Assembly (NCBI GenBank): GCA_964344635.1
Contig: CAYFOE010000005.1
Span: 1 to 52,949, forward strand
Source of the DNA: Candidatus Woesearchaeota archaeon
GTDB lineage: Archaea; Nanobdellota; Nanobdellia; SCGC-AAA011-G17; UBA489
Reading direction: 5' to 3'
Length of the DNA: 52,949 nt
Numbering within the stretch: position 1 is the first letter of the stretch; each line of letters begins with the position of its first letter. Shown here piece by piece: positions 36,029 through 45,616 of the stretch. The translations under genes were made by a program, and so were the position numbers. The notes below the pieces were generated by a model that saw only the letters and a list, made by a program, of their open reading frames with translations, had not been told where the DNA came from and ran no database searches.

Positions 36029-36988
36029 ATGAGTAGAAATTCTTTACAAATGTGGACTGAGAAGTATAGGCCATCTAATTTTAGCGAAGTATACGGTCAA
36101 AAAGAAATTGTAGAAAAAATAAAAGCATTCGTAAAAAATGGAAACATGCCCCACCTTTTATTTGCAGGGCCAGCAGGTATCGGTAAAACAACACTATCAT
36201 TAGTTATTGCACAAGAACTATTCGGAGACAACTGGAAAGGCAATTTTCTAGAAACAAACGCTTCAGATGAAAGAGGTATTGATGTTATTAGGAACAAAGT
36301 CAAAGATTTTGCAAGAACCAAATCTGTAGGAATTGACGTTCCCAAAATAATCTATTTGGACGAATGTGACAGTCTGACTAAGGAAGCACAACAAGCACTT
36401 AGAAGGACCATGGAAACATACTCCAACACCGCAAGATTCATTCTAAGCTGCAATTATCCATCCAAAATAATCGACCCTATCCAGAGCAGGTGTGCAGTCT
36501 TCAAGTTTAAACCTTTGGCAAAACCAGACATTATTGGCCTAGTTGAATGGATCAGCAAAGAAGAAAAACTATCTTTAGACGATGAAGCAAAAGAAGCACT
36601 CTTTGAGGTCAGCGACGGAGATGTAAGAAGAGTGATTAACGTAATGCATAGTTGTTCGGTTGTAGGAAATGAAATCACTGCAAGCAAAGTTTACGAGATC
36701 GCTAACTTTGCAAAACCAAAAGAAGTTGATACAGTCTTGATGATGGCCTTGGACGGCAAGTTTGAAGATGCACGTAAAAAACTATTAGACATCATGTTAA
36801 ATGGCGGTTTAAGTGGACTAGATATGATTAAACAAATTCAATCCGAAGTCGGAAAATTAGATATCGACGGCAAACTGAAGATGAAAATGGTTGAGAAATG
36901 CGGAGAAATTGAATTTAGAATGGTCGAAGGAAGTGATGAATTCATACAACTTGAAGCATTACTTGCAGGTTTTGGAATCTTACAATGA
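36029..36988 (+). CDS. rfcS: Replication factor C small subunit
   Basis: WTEKYRP, GPAGIGKT, NASDERGID, DECD, SRC; start moved to ATG 36029 downstream of TTATAAA. Confidence 0.95.
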   Translation: MSRNSLQMWTEKYRPSNFSEVYGQKEIVEKIKAFVKNGNMPHLLFAGPAGIGKTTLSLVIAQELFGDNWKGNFLETNASDERGIDVIRNKVKDFARTKSVGIDVPKIIYLDECDSLTKEAQQALRRTMETYSNTARFILSCNYPSKIIDPIQSRCAVFKFKPLAKPDIIGLVEWISKEEKLSLDDEAKEALFEVSDGDVRRVINVMHSCSVVGNEITASKVYEIANFAKPKEVDTVLMMALDGKFEDARKKLLDIMLNGGLSGLDMIKQIQSEVGKLDIDGKLKMKMVEKCGEIEFRMVEGSDEFIQLEALLAGFGILQ

Positions 36989-38154
36989 AGCCCTGGTGTG
37001 AAAAATACAAACCAAAAAATCTTGAAGAAATAACAATCAAAGATAGTTTTATCACTAAACTAATAGGTATAATAGACAACAAAGGAGTTGCAATGATCTG
37101 CGGGCCAACAGGTTGCGGGAAGACTTCAGTTGTTGAGGCAATTGCAAACAGTGGAAATTTTGAACTCATTGAAATGAACGCCTCAGATTTTAGAAATAAA
37201 CTAGGCGTTAATTCTGTTGTCGGGAATAGTTTAGAACAACAAAGCTTGTTTGCTAAAGAAAAAATAATCTTAGTAGACGAACTCAATGGAATCTCCGGCA
37301 ATGAAGATAGAGGCGGGGTCCAAGCATTATGTAAACTGATGGCTAAAAACTCCCATGCAATAGTTTTATGCGCAGAAGACCCTGATGCTGACAAAATTAA
37401 ATCCATCAAGAAAAAAGCCACACTGATCAAATTCGAAGGCGTAGATTGTGAAGATACTGTTGGAACCTTAAAGAAGATTTGTGAAAATGAAAACATTAGT
37501 TACAATGAAGAGGACTTGAAAATGATTGCCAGAAGAGTTGGCGGTGATCTGAGAGCTGCAATTAATGACCTACAAATACACTCTTGTTCAGGAAAACTAG
37601 TTTTAGAAGGCGGCAGCGAAGACAATGAACGAGGAAGGGAAGGGAACCTATCCGAAGCCCTAAGACTTGTCTTCAAAAGCAAAAAATGGGAAAACGTTAG
37701 CGGAGTTTATGATAACGTTGCAGTAAACCATAAAGATCTAATGCTTTGGGTCGAACAAAACTTACCTTACGAGTACAGCTCTGAATCATTAGCCAATGCT
37801 TTTGATTCCTTAAGTAAAGCAGACATATTCAATAGAAGAATTATGCGATGGCAACATTGGAGATATTTAGTTTATATCTACCAGTTATTGAGTTGCGGCA
37901 TTGCATTCTCAAAAAAAGACAGTAAGAAAGGCTTTGTCAACTACAAACGAAGCAGTAGGCCCTTAAGAATATGGATGAACAAACAAAAAAACTTCAAAAG
38001 AAAAACCATATCAGAAAAACTAGCAAGCGAATTCCATACCTCAAAGAAAAAATTCATCCAAGAAGACTTACCCTTCTTGAAATTTATGGCAAGACATAAC
38101 AAACTTCCCAATCTAGGACTATTGGACGAAGAAGTCGAATGGTTGAAAAAATAA
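36985..38154 (+). CDS. rfcL: Replication factor C large subunit
   Basis: PW.EKYKP, GPTGCGKT, EMNASD.R, GDLRAAINDLQ; follows rfcS. Confidence 0.93.
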   Translation: MKPWCEKYKPKNLEEITIKDSFITKLIGIIDNKGVAMICGPTGCGKTSVVEAIANSGNFELIEMNASDFRNKLGVNSVVGNSLEQQSLFAKEKIILVDELNGISGNEDRGGVQALCKLMAKNSHAIVLCAEDPDADKIKSIKKKATLIKFEGVDCEDTVGTLKKICENENISYNEEDLKMIARRVGGDLRAAINDLQIHSCSGKLVLEGGSEDNERGREGNLSEALRLVFKSKKWENVSGVYDNVAVNHKDLMLWVEQNLPYEYSSESLANAFDSLSKADIFNRRIMRWQHWRYLVYIYQLLSCGIAFSKKDSKKGFVNYKRSSRPLRIWMNKQKNFKRKTISEKLASEFHTSKKKFIQEDLPFLKFMARHNKLPNLGLLDEEVEWLKK

Positions 38155-39297
38155 TCAATAATTACTAGGATCTACCTCTTCATAAGACCCACCAATTCTG
38201 ATTTCATCATAATAAATATTATTTTCTGAAAGAACATTCGGTCCCCGATACATTCCCAGTTTAAGCTTTTTAGGAGTTGAAGTGTACATGTTTTTTGCAT
38301 AATGCTTAGTTGTTGTAAACGGTGCACCATTCAGCCAAGCCTTAATATACCCGTCATTGTTCATTGACCACTTAACTTCAAAGATGATATCATTCCACTC
38401 ACCGAGTTGGATTTCTCTTTCACCGATTACCGAAGAAATAGATTCCACATTAGGCCTTGTTAAAATACCTAAGCCATGAGTTCCATCTTCCAACTCCTCA
38501 TACCTTATGGACACAGAAGGACTTCCCCTCTTCCCACCATGCTCATTATCCCATTCTTCCCAAGACTGTCCAGGTTCAGGTCTATGGAACCATTGCCCCA
38601 CAATATTAAAACCATCATGCTCTATACTGTGATTAAAATAGTAATCCTCTGGAAAATAAACACTCCAACCATAAAACACAGGAGTTCCATCCATAGGATA
38701 CTCATCCGCATAAGGAGACTTAAGACTTAATTCAACCCTACTCTTACCATTCTCAGCATCATTAGGGATAGCAATGTCTCCCTTTCTCACATTCATCTTA
38801 ATCGCATAATTTCCATTCCTCACAACATCCGAAACTATCTCCGCAGAATCAGATCTTGCGAAATGAGTATTCCAATGATCTGAAAGTGAACCCGTTTCGA
38901 AATCAGACTCTAGGAAATAAACATCATTCCCAAAAGTTCCTCCAGAGTTGAAATCCATTTCATTATTATCATCTTCATTTGTTTCATTATTCTCGTTATT
39001 GTTTCCTCCAGAATTGTCATCCCCATTATCCTCTTCATTGTCATCGTAATCATCATCAGAACCTTGATCATAATCTGGAGCTGGAACCGGCTGAGGAATC
39101 GGTGTTCCTTCTTGATCAACATTTGGAAGAGAACCAGTGCCTTGCGATTGAGTATTTGGAGAAATTGATTTTTTGAAAGTGTTAATCACCTTATTTGCAT
39201 CCTTAGTTTCTATAATGAATGGAAGGTATACTAGAGAAACTGCTATGAACAATAACAATGCCACCCTAAAAAGATGATGATAATCTGAATCCCTCAT
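38155..39297 (-). CDS. Membrane-anchored polysaccharide lyase-like protein (heparin lyase I/Polysacc_lyase-type fold)
   Basis: N-terminal TM, D/N-rich linker, then DFETG, R.EL, YGWSVYFP.DY, I.GQW, G.W, G.IKAW.NG, KLGMYR, YYDEIRIG. Confidence 0.75.
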   Translation of the reverse strand: MRDSDYHHLFRVALLLFIAVSLVYLPFIIETKDANKVINTFKKSISPNTQSQGTGSLPNVDQEGTPIPQPVPAPDYDQGSDDDYDDNEEDNGDDNSGGNNNENNETNEDDNNEMDFNSGGTFGNDVYFLESDFETGSLSDHWNTHFARSDSAEIVSDVVRNGNYAIKMNVRKGDIAIPNDAENGKSRVELSLKSPYADEYPMDGTPVFYGWSVYFPEDYYFNHSIEHDGFNIVGQWFHRPEPGQSWEEWDNEHGGKRGSPSVSIRYEELEDGTHGLGILTRPNVESISSVIGEREIQLGEWNDIIFEVKWSMNNDGYIKAWLNGAPFTTTKHYAKNMYTSTPKKLKLGMYRGPNVLSENNIYYDEIRIGGSYEEVDPSNY

Positions 39298-39333
39298 AAT
39301 CTTATTTAAAAACAGAGTTATTTAAAAATTAAT

Positions 39334-40179
39334 CTATTTGAGAGAATTTAATCTCTTTACCCTATCCTGTGTTGAAGGGTGTGTAGAAAATAATTGAGTG
39401 AATCCTTTTGAAGTAAACGGATTAACTATGAATAGGGATGCAGTGGATTGATTTCCTAACCTCAGGGGGATCTTCTTTGAAAAATCTTCTAGTTTTTGCA
39501 ATGCACTTGCTAAATGTTTAGGCTCATGCGTTAAGTTTGAAGAAGTTTCATCAGCCATGAATTCTCTAGACCTAGAAATTGCAAATTGAATCATCATCGC
39601 TGCAATAGGCGCCACTATCGCCAAAACTAAAATTTGGATTATGTTAGAATTACCCTCAGAGTCACGTGACCCACCAAAGATCGCTGCAAATCTTGCCATC
39701 GAAGCCACATACATAATGATTGTTGCCAATGTTGCCGCAATTGTAGAGATTAAAATGTCTCTGTTTTTAATATGTCCAATCTCATGTGCAAGAACACCCT
39801 CCATCTCTTTCTGATTAAGGATTTTTGCAATCCCCGATGTGAACGCGACAACTGCATTTTTAGGATTTCTCCCTGTTGCAAATGCATTTGGGTTTTCTGA
39901 AGGAATAACATAAATTTTAGGTTTAGGAATCCCAGCCCTTTTACTAATTTTCTCAACCATTGCATGAATTTTAGGTGCTTTCGATTTTGAAAGAGGCTGA
40001 GCCTTATACATCGAAAGAACTATCTTATGCGAATAGAAATATGAAACAAAATTCATAAGTAAAGCCAAGATTAATGCTATAAACAGTCCTGTTTGCCCAC
40101 CTAGAACCCCACCGATCAGAAATATAATCGCCGAGAGCAGTACTAATAAGGTGAATGTTTTGATTTGATTGATAATCAT
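39334..40179 (-). CDS. htpX: Zinc metalloprotease HtpX (M48)
   Basis: PNAFATGR, HEIGH, SRSREF.AD, FSTHP. Confidence 0.95.
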   Translation of the reverse strand: MIINQIKTFTLLVLLSAIIFLIGGVLGGQTGLFIALILALLMNFVSYFYSHKIVLSMYKAQPLSKSKAPKIHAMVEKISKRAGIPKPKIYVIPSENPNAFATGRNPKNAVVAFTSGIAKILNQKEMEGVLAHEIGHIKNRDILISTIAATLATIIMYVASMARFAAIFGGSRDSEGNSNIIQILVLAIVAPIAAMMIQFAISRSREFMADETSSNLTHEPKHLASALQKLEDFSKKIPLRLGNQSTASLFIVNPFTSKGFTQLFSTHPSTQDRVKRLNSLK

Positions 40180-40272
40180 AATCTATAGGATTTAAGCTTG
40201 TTTTATATATTTGTTGGTAAGAAAGTTTTTTATAAATACAATATTAACTCATTAAAGAGGTGAAGATTCTAT

Positions 40273-41592
40273 ATGGGTCACAAAATCATTATTGGTAGGA
40301 ATCAAGGCGATTTAGCAAAGTTTGGCGATAAAGGTACAGTCTATCTTGGAAAAACCTACGTTAGAATGGGACAAACAACTTCCTTGAGTAATGATTTATT
40401 CTTAGACGTGGCTAGGACACACGTAGTCATGATCTGTGGAAAGAGAGGGAGTGGAAAATCCTACTCAGCTTCAGTTTTAGCTGAAGAAATCTCCAGAATG
40501 GAAGAAGCAATCAAACAAAATATTACAGTCTTATTTTTTGACACCATGGGAGTTTTCTGGACCATGAAATACCCAAACAAAAGACAAGAAAAATTATTAG
40601 AACACTGGGGTCTGAAACCAGAAGGATTAAACATCAATGTATTTACTCCAGAAGGCTACTATGAAGAGTACAAGAAAAAAGGACTACCCGTAGACCACCC
40701 ATTTACCCTAAGGACTAGTGAGTTAAACGCAAGCGACTGGGCAGAAGTTTTCGGAATTAAAATAAACGATGCAATGGGAATCCTAATCGAGAGAGTTCTC
40801 GGAAGATTACAAGGGAAAAAAACAACCTACTCGATTAAAGAAATAATTGATGAGATCTCCAAAGACAAAAAGACCACCAGAGATGTTAAAGATGCAGCAG
40901 AAAACAGATTCTTAGCCGCAGACCAATGGGGACTCTTTGCAAAAAGAGGAACAACCATCGAAGAATTAATGAAACCAGGCAGTGTTAACGTTCTAGACAT
41001 CAGTTGTTACGCACACGCCTCTGGAGACTGGAGCATCAAAGGACTAGTTATCGGCCTGATCAGTAAAAAATTACTTGCAGAAAGAATGCTTGCAAGAAAA
41101 GAAGAAGAATTACAAGACATAGAAAGAGAACACAGCTTTTTTTACGAAGAAGCAAAACAAGACAAACCAATGGTATGGATCATGATCGACGAAGCACATG
41201 AATTCTTACCAAAAACCGGGAAGACACCTGCAAGCGATGCCTTAGTACAACTATTACGAGAAGGAAGACAACCAGGAATCAGCCTAGTGCTAGTTACCCA
41301 ACAGCCCGGAGAAATCCACAAAGATGTTTTGACACAAAGCGATATTGTTCTGAGCCACAAACTAACCAGCAGCATGGACATCAGTGCATTAAACAGCATG
41401 ATGCAAACCTACCTAACAAGCGACCTTGCAAACCATTTGAACAACCTTCCAAGATTGCGAGGAAGTGCAATAATTCTAGACGATAACAGCGAGAGAATCT
41501 ATCCAATGAGAGTTCACCCAAAAAGAAGTTGGCACGGCGGAGAAGCACCAAGCGCAATCAAACTAAAGAAAGAAGTAGAATTTGACTTCTGA
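40273..41592 (+). CDS. HerA/VirB4-like (DUF87) P-loop ATPase
   Basis: Walker A GKRGSGKS, Walker B IMIDEAH, REGRQPG.SLV..TQQP. Confidence 0.85.
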   Translation: MGHKIIIGRNQGDLAKFGDKGTVYLGKTYVRMGQTTSLSNDLFLDVARTHVVMICGKRGSGKSYSASVLAEEISRMEEAIKQNITVLFFDTMGVFWTMKYPNKRQEKLLEHWGLKPEGLNINVFTPEGYYEEYKKKGLPVDHPFTLRTSELNASDWAEVFGIKINDAMGILIERVLGRLQGKKTTYSIKEIIDEISKDKKTTRDVKDAAENRFLAADQWGLFAKRGTTIEELMKPGSVNVLDISCYAHASGDWSIKGLVIGLISKKLLAERMLARKEEELQDIEREHSFFYEEAKQDKPMVWIMIDEAHEFLPKTGKTPASDALVQLLREGRQPGISLVLVTQQPGEIHKDVLTQSDIVLSHKLTSSMDISALNSMMQTYLTSDLANHLNNLPRLRGSAIILDDNSERIYPMRVHPKRSWHGGEAPSAIKLKKEVEFDF

Positions 41593-41637
41593 ACAAGCAT
41601 AAAAAATTTTATAAACTGAAATTTTGAAACTAATTTT

Positions 41638-42159
41638 ATGACAACTGAAGAAAGAGATTATGCCCACCTCGTAAATTTAGATTTAAGTGGCTTTGTTAAA
41701 TCATACATAACTTCTTGTCCTAGGACAGGAAAAACTGAAATGCTTCCTGTAGCACACCCATTTTACGAAGGACTTCTGAGCTATAAGGGAGAACAAGTAA
41801 TATTCTTTTTGCAAAAACCAATTTCCGACCTTAGAACATTACAAGAAGTTGAAGGTGTAATTGATGACGTTGTAGCTGGACAACACACCCTCCCAAAAGG
41901 TGCGGGCTTATTGGAACGCCACTTTGTGCCAAGAGATGTATGGAATAAAGAAGGTCGTGCTATATCAGCAGCATTGTTCCACAATTATGCTCCAGATGCA
42001 GAAATTGTCATTCCAGGAATAGTTACATCAATCGCAACCTGTATGGACAAAGGATTAGTTAGTAAAGTTAGATCCGTTCCAGAAGATATGAGACCGGGCA
42101 TTGAAAGATTCTTGAGAACTGGAGACTTCATGGGACCTATATCCTATAAGTGGCTATAA
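41638..42159 (+). CDS. Hypothetical protein
   Basis: 173 aa ORF with TTTTATAAA about 25 nt upstream; no recognisable motif. Confidence 0.65.
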   Translation: MTTEERDYAHLVNLDLSGFVKSYITSCPRTGKTEMLPVAHPFYEGLLSYKGEQVIFFLQKPISDLRTLQEVEGVIDDVVAGQHTLPKGAGLLERHFVPRDVWNKEGRAISAALFHNYAPDAEIVIPGIVTSIATCMDKGLVSKVRSVPEDMRPGIERFLRTGDFMGPISYKWL

Positions 42160-42966
42160 TCCTAAATCTAAACAAACTCTAAATATTCCAGGAGCATAAT
42201 GTCCTGCTTTTGTTAACTTTACTGATTTGAAAGATTTTTTGTATTCAGATTTTATTTTTTTGAAGTCATTCTCATTTGCAAAAGTGTACAAATGAATTGT
42301 CCCCTTTGTTTTGAGTTTTGTCTTTGCCGACCCTAAGAACTCTTCTGCAGACTTAGGAAGGGGCATAATAATCCTATCAAACTTTTTATTGATCTTGGGA
42401 AGAACCTTCTTTACATTTCCCCTATGAAGTATAACATTTTTTATTTTGTTTAACTCAATATTCTTTTGAGCATATTTATGAGCAATCCTGTTTAATTCAA
42501 TTGCATGGATTTCCTTGGCCTTTGACTTTTTTGAAATTACACAAGGAAACGGCGCTATACCAGAGAACAGAACTAGAACCAATTCGCCTCGCTTTATCAA
42601 ATTTGCAACCCTTAGACGTTCTGTTCCAGATCTTGTCGAGAAATAACATTTTTCCACATCTAAGTTTAATTTGCAACCGGACTCAGTATGCACAGTCTCC
42701 TTTCTTTTTTCCCCTGCAAGAATCTTTATTTTAGGAGTCCTTAATCTGCCAGAATATTTCTTTGACTTCTTAGCAACAACCTTAATATTTTTGTTTAAAG
42801 AAATTATTTTTTCGGCAATCAATTTTTCTTTTTTCTTTAAATCCCTTGGAAAATCATTGAAAATTGCAATGTCACCCACAGTGTCAAAAGCTTTAGGAAC
42901 TAATTTAGATTCCTTAGAATTTACAATTTTAGATTTTATTAATTCTTGAATTAACTTTGCCATCAT
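42154..42966 (-). CDS. Trm5/Tyw2-family tRNA methyltransferase (N-terminal D1 domain absent)
   Basis: FD.VGDIAI, G..R, H.E.GC...LD..K.YFS.R...ER, F.GI.PF, E.N, DRIIMPLPK. Confidence 0.85.
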   Translation of the reverse strand: MMAKLIQELIKSKIVNSKESKLVPKAFDTVGDIAIFNDFPRDLKKKEKLIAEKIISLNKNIKVVAKKSKKYSGRLRTPKIKILAGEKRKETVHTESGCKLNLDVEKCYFSTRSGTERLRVANLIKRGELVLVLFSGIAPFPCVISKKSKAKEIHAIELNRIAHKYAQKNIELNKIKNVILHRGNVKKVLPKINKKFDRIIMPLPKSAEEFLGSAKTKLKTKGTIHLYTFANENDFKKIKSEYKKSFKSVKLTKAGHYAPGIFRVCLDLGL

Positions 42967-43862
42967 AACACCATGATAACTGCCCCGATTACCATTCCAA
43001 TTACTGCTATGCTCCTCTGCATTAAGTGCTTATCATGATATATCTCTCCGCCAAGAATGGTTGTGAAAACTGTAGCTCCCCGCTTCATCGCCGAAACAAG
43101 TGCAATCTTTGCAACAGGCATTGCCACTACAAACATCTGAACTGATCTGCTAATAAATAATGATGCGGCCATTAAAAATATCCAACCGCCTGCGGATTTG
43201 AAACCATGGGCAATTCCCTTGAAACCATCATGGAACAAATGAATCATGACTATTAGATTAAGTGCTATGAACATATGGATGATAATCATATAATTATAAG
43301 GGTTCATTGCATCTGGGTTGGTAGTGTTTAATAGGAACCTATCTATTAATCCATTAACTGAATAAAGTAACATTGCGAATAGCATGAAGTGAACATATTT
43401 TGATTTAATCATAACCTTGAAAGGCGTTAACAACTCCTTCCATATAGTATCTTTATGTTTAAGCTCCAAGAAATATGAACCAGAAAAGATTATCAGGATC
43501 CCAATAATTTGGTTCTGGGTTAAACTTTCTTTTAGGAAAATCCATGCAAGAATCGCCGTGATAATTGGACTGAATGTGAATAGTGGTGAAGATTTAGACA
43601 ATTCCATATGTCTTACTGCTTTCGCAATAAATAGGAATGCTGTTGCGCCCAGAACCGAACCAATATAGATTATAGGCCAGTAGTGGGTTGGAAAGTCAAA
43701 ACTAAGATGAGGATAATACACCAAGGTCATTATTGCAATAATTATCGAAAATACTGCAGAGAACTCCATTGCATGCTCCTTGAACAATGCCTTCTTCTCA
43801 GTAATCCCTGCAATTGTTCCAAAAAATATTGGAATCAACATTAAAACATACCATTCAACCAT
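42963..43862 (-). CDS. EamA/DMT family transporter
   Basis: About 10 TM helices, P....LAWIFLKE.L; start at ATG 43862 coupled to the fen1 stop (TAATG). Confidence 0.85.
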   Translation of the reverse strand: MVEWYVLMLIPIFFGTIAGITEKKALFKEHAMEFSAVFSIIIAIMTLVYYPHLSFDFPTHYWPIIYIGSVLGATAFLFIAKAVRHMELSKSSPLFTFSPIITAILAWIFLKESLTQNQIIGILIIFSGSYFLELKHKDTIWKELLTPFKVMIKSKYVHFMLFAMLLYSVNGLIDRFLLNTTNPDAMNPYNYMIIIHMFIALNLIVMIHLFHDGFKGIAHGFKSAGGWIFLMAASLFISRSVQMFVVAMPVAKIALVSAMKRGATVFTTILGGEIYHDKHLMQRSIAVIGMVIGAVIMVL

Positions 43863-44884
43863 TACATCCACGTACCAAGGCCTTTCTGATCAGCAGTCAC
43901 CTTGACACTCCCCCCATTTATTTTATTTAAAGTCGACATTACTCGGTCTTCAGAGAACTCATGTTTATCAACTAAGATTTTTAATAGTTTATCTTTATCT
44001 GGAGCATTCCATTCCAAGCAGTAATTCTTTTCTACACCCATATTGTGGAACAATTCGAAGATTTCCTTCCAATCTTGATTCTCTAAAGGGTGCTTTTCAA
44101 ATATTTTTTCAGGAGTCTTATATTCTTGAACTATCTTTATTGCTTTCTTCGGCCCAATGCCCTTTATTCCAGGATGATAATCTGTCCCAACCAACATCCC
44201 CAAAGAAATCAATTGGTCCTGATTTATATTTAGATTTTCAAGTGCATCTTTCAAGATTATTAATTCAGGACTACTTTTAATGAACGAACCCAAGGCATTC
44301 TTTTTCTTCTGTGAAACCGTTAAATTAGTAATCATTCTTGGAGACCCATGAAGTAATGTATCGAAATCCGTAGTTGCAGCAGCCCACACATCACCAGACT
44401 TACAACAATACGCAATCTGTGCATCCGCCTCAGAAGGAGCCTGAATAACCGGAATACCCAATGCTTCGATTAACTCTTTTGAATCTTTAACCATGTCCTT
44501 AGTTAGTCTTGTAAACTGTTTAGAATATTTCAACATAGAAGTTTCATCACCTTCCTCTTTCGCAGCCTCATACTTTTCTTCCGCCACAACCTTCGACTCA
44601 TACCTGCCTTGTTGAGTCTTAATCTTTAATTCGGGCGGCTTACCATCAAGAATGTAAGCTATCTTTATTCCCTGAGACAAGAGATTTGACGAACGAGAAA
44701 GAATTCCCTGTATATGCGAGGTAACTTCGCCTTTCGAATTCATTAACGGAGTACCATCACGCTGCCTTATAGAAGTTAAGAACTGATATGCCGCATTTGA
44801 AAAATCAACAGCTATCTTTTTGTTTCTTAAATCATCAAAGGAAATCTTCCTCTTTTCAACAATGTCCGTTATTTTTACGCCCAT
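43862..44884 (-). CDS. fen1: Flap endonuclease 1
   Basis: MGV, YQFL.SIRQ.DG, DGKPP, APSEADAQ, GTDY, GIGPK.A, PIP-like QKGLGTW. Confidence 0.97.
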   Translation of the reverse strand: MGVKITDIVEKRKISFDDLRNKKIAVDFSNAAYQFLTSIRQRDGTPLMNSKGEVTSHIQGILSRSSNLLSQGIKIAYILDGKPPELKIKTQQGRYESKVVAEEKYEAAKEEGDETSMLKYSKQFTRLTKDMVKDSKELIEALGIPVIQAPSEADAQIAYCCKSGDVWAAATTDFDTLLHGSPRMITNLTVSQKKKNALGSFIKSSPELIILKDALENLNINQDQLISLGMLVGTDYHPGIKGIGPKKAIKIVQEYKTPEKIFEKHPLENQDWKEIFELFHNMGVEKNYCLEWNAPDKDKLLKILVDKHEFSEDRVMSTLNKINGGSVKVTADQKGLGTWM

Positions 44885-44962
44885 AGAAAGGTTTAGAATA
44901 GTTAATTTATATACCTTATTATGTAAATTCTTTTAAAACTTATTTCAAATTATTGATTAAAA

Positions 44963-45616
44963 GTGGTGGTAAAATTTACTAAACTTGAACATCCTGGCGG
45001 ACTTTATGTCTACAGAGTTCATAATCAAAAAATTGAAAATACTTGTTCTAAAGAATACGAAAACCTAAAAAAATTCTTAGGAGCCATGTTCGAAACCTGT
45101 CCCGACGAATATTTTGGCCGAGGACCCAGAGGGAGTAGTTTAAAGTTCAAGACAACACACGACATAGTTGAACTAACCGGACACAGAGTTTGTGATCTGG
45201 CCAAGAATGGTTTGAAAATTAATGAAGAGAGATTTAAATGCAACCACAGCAAAGTACAGCTGTTTATGTTAGAAAACGATAATGAAACAATTGCCATCGA
45301 AGTTCCAATTTGGTTAAATTCTGACGAAATCAATTGTTACAACGAACTATTCGGAAGCGACGAACCATTAACAGGACACATAGATGTTCTGTCCATCGAA
45401 GACGGTAAAATCTGGGTCTGGGACTACAAGCCCAATGCACATAAAGAAAAATATGCAGACACACAAGTCTACTTTTATTCAATCATGCTAAGTAAAAGAA
45501 CCGGAATCCCCCTAGAACATTTTAGGTGCGGCTATTTTGATTGGGACCGAGCCTACATGTTTAAACCCGAACCAATCGAGAACAAAGAAGTCAATTCTAG
45601 TCTGAAGAAGTTTTAG
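44963..45616 (+). CDS. PD-(D/E)XK nuclease family protein
   Basis: E.PI...GHIDVL...WDYK...Q..FY (RecB-like motifs); GTG start. Confidence 0.8.
   Translation: MVVKFTKLEHPGGLYVYRVHNQKIENTCSKEYENLKKFLGAMFETCPDEYFGRGPRGSSLKFKTTHDIVELTGHRVCDLAKNGLKINEERFKCNHSKVQLFMLENDNETIAIEVPIWLNSDEINCYNELFGSDEPLTGHIDVLSIEDGKIWVWDYKPNAHKEKYADTQVYFYSIMLSKRTGIPLEHFRCGYFDWDRAYMFKPEPIENKEVNSSLKKF

Noticed and set aside
44963..45616. Cas4 or a CRISPR locus
   Set aside because: No C-terminal Cys cluster, no other cas genes and no repeat-spacer array in the window
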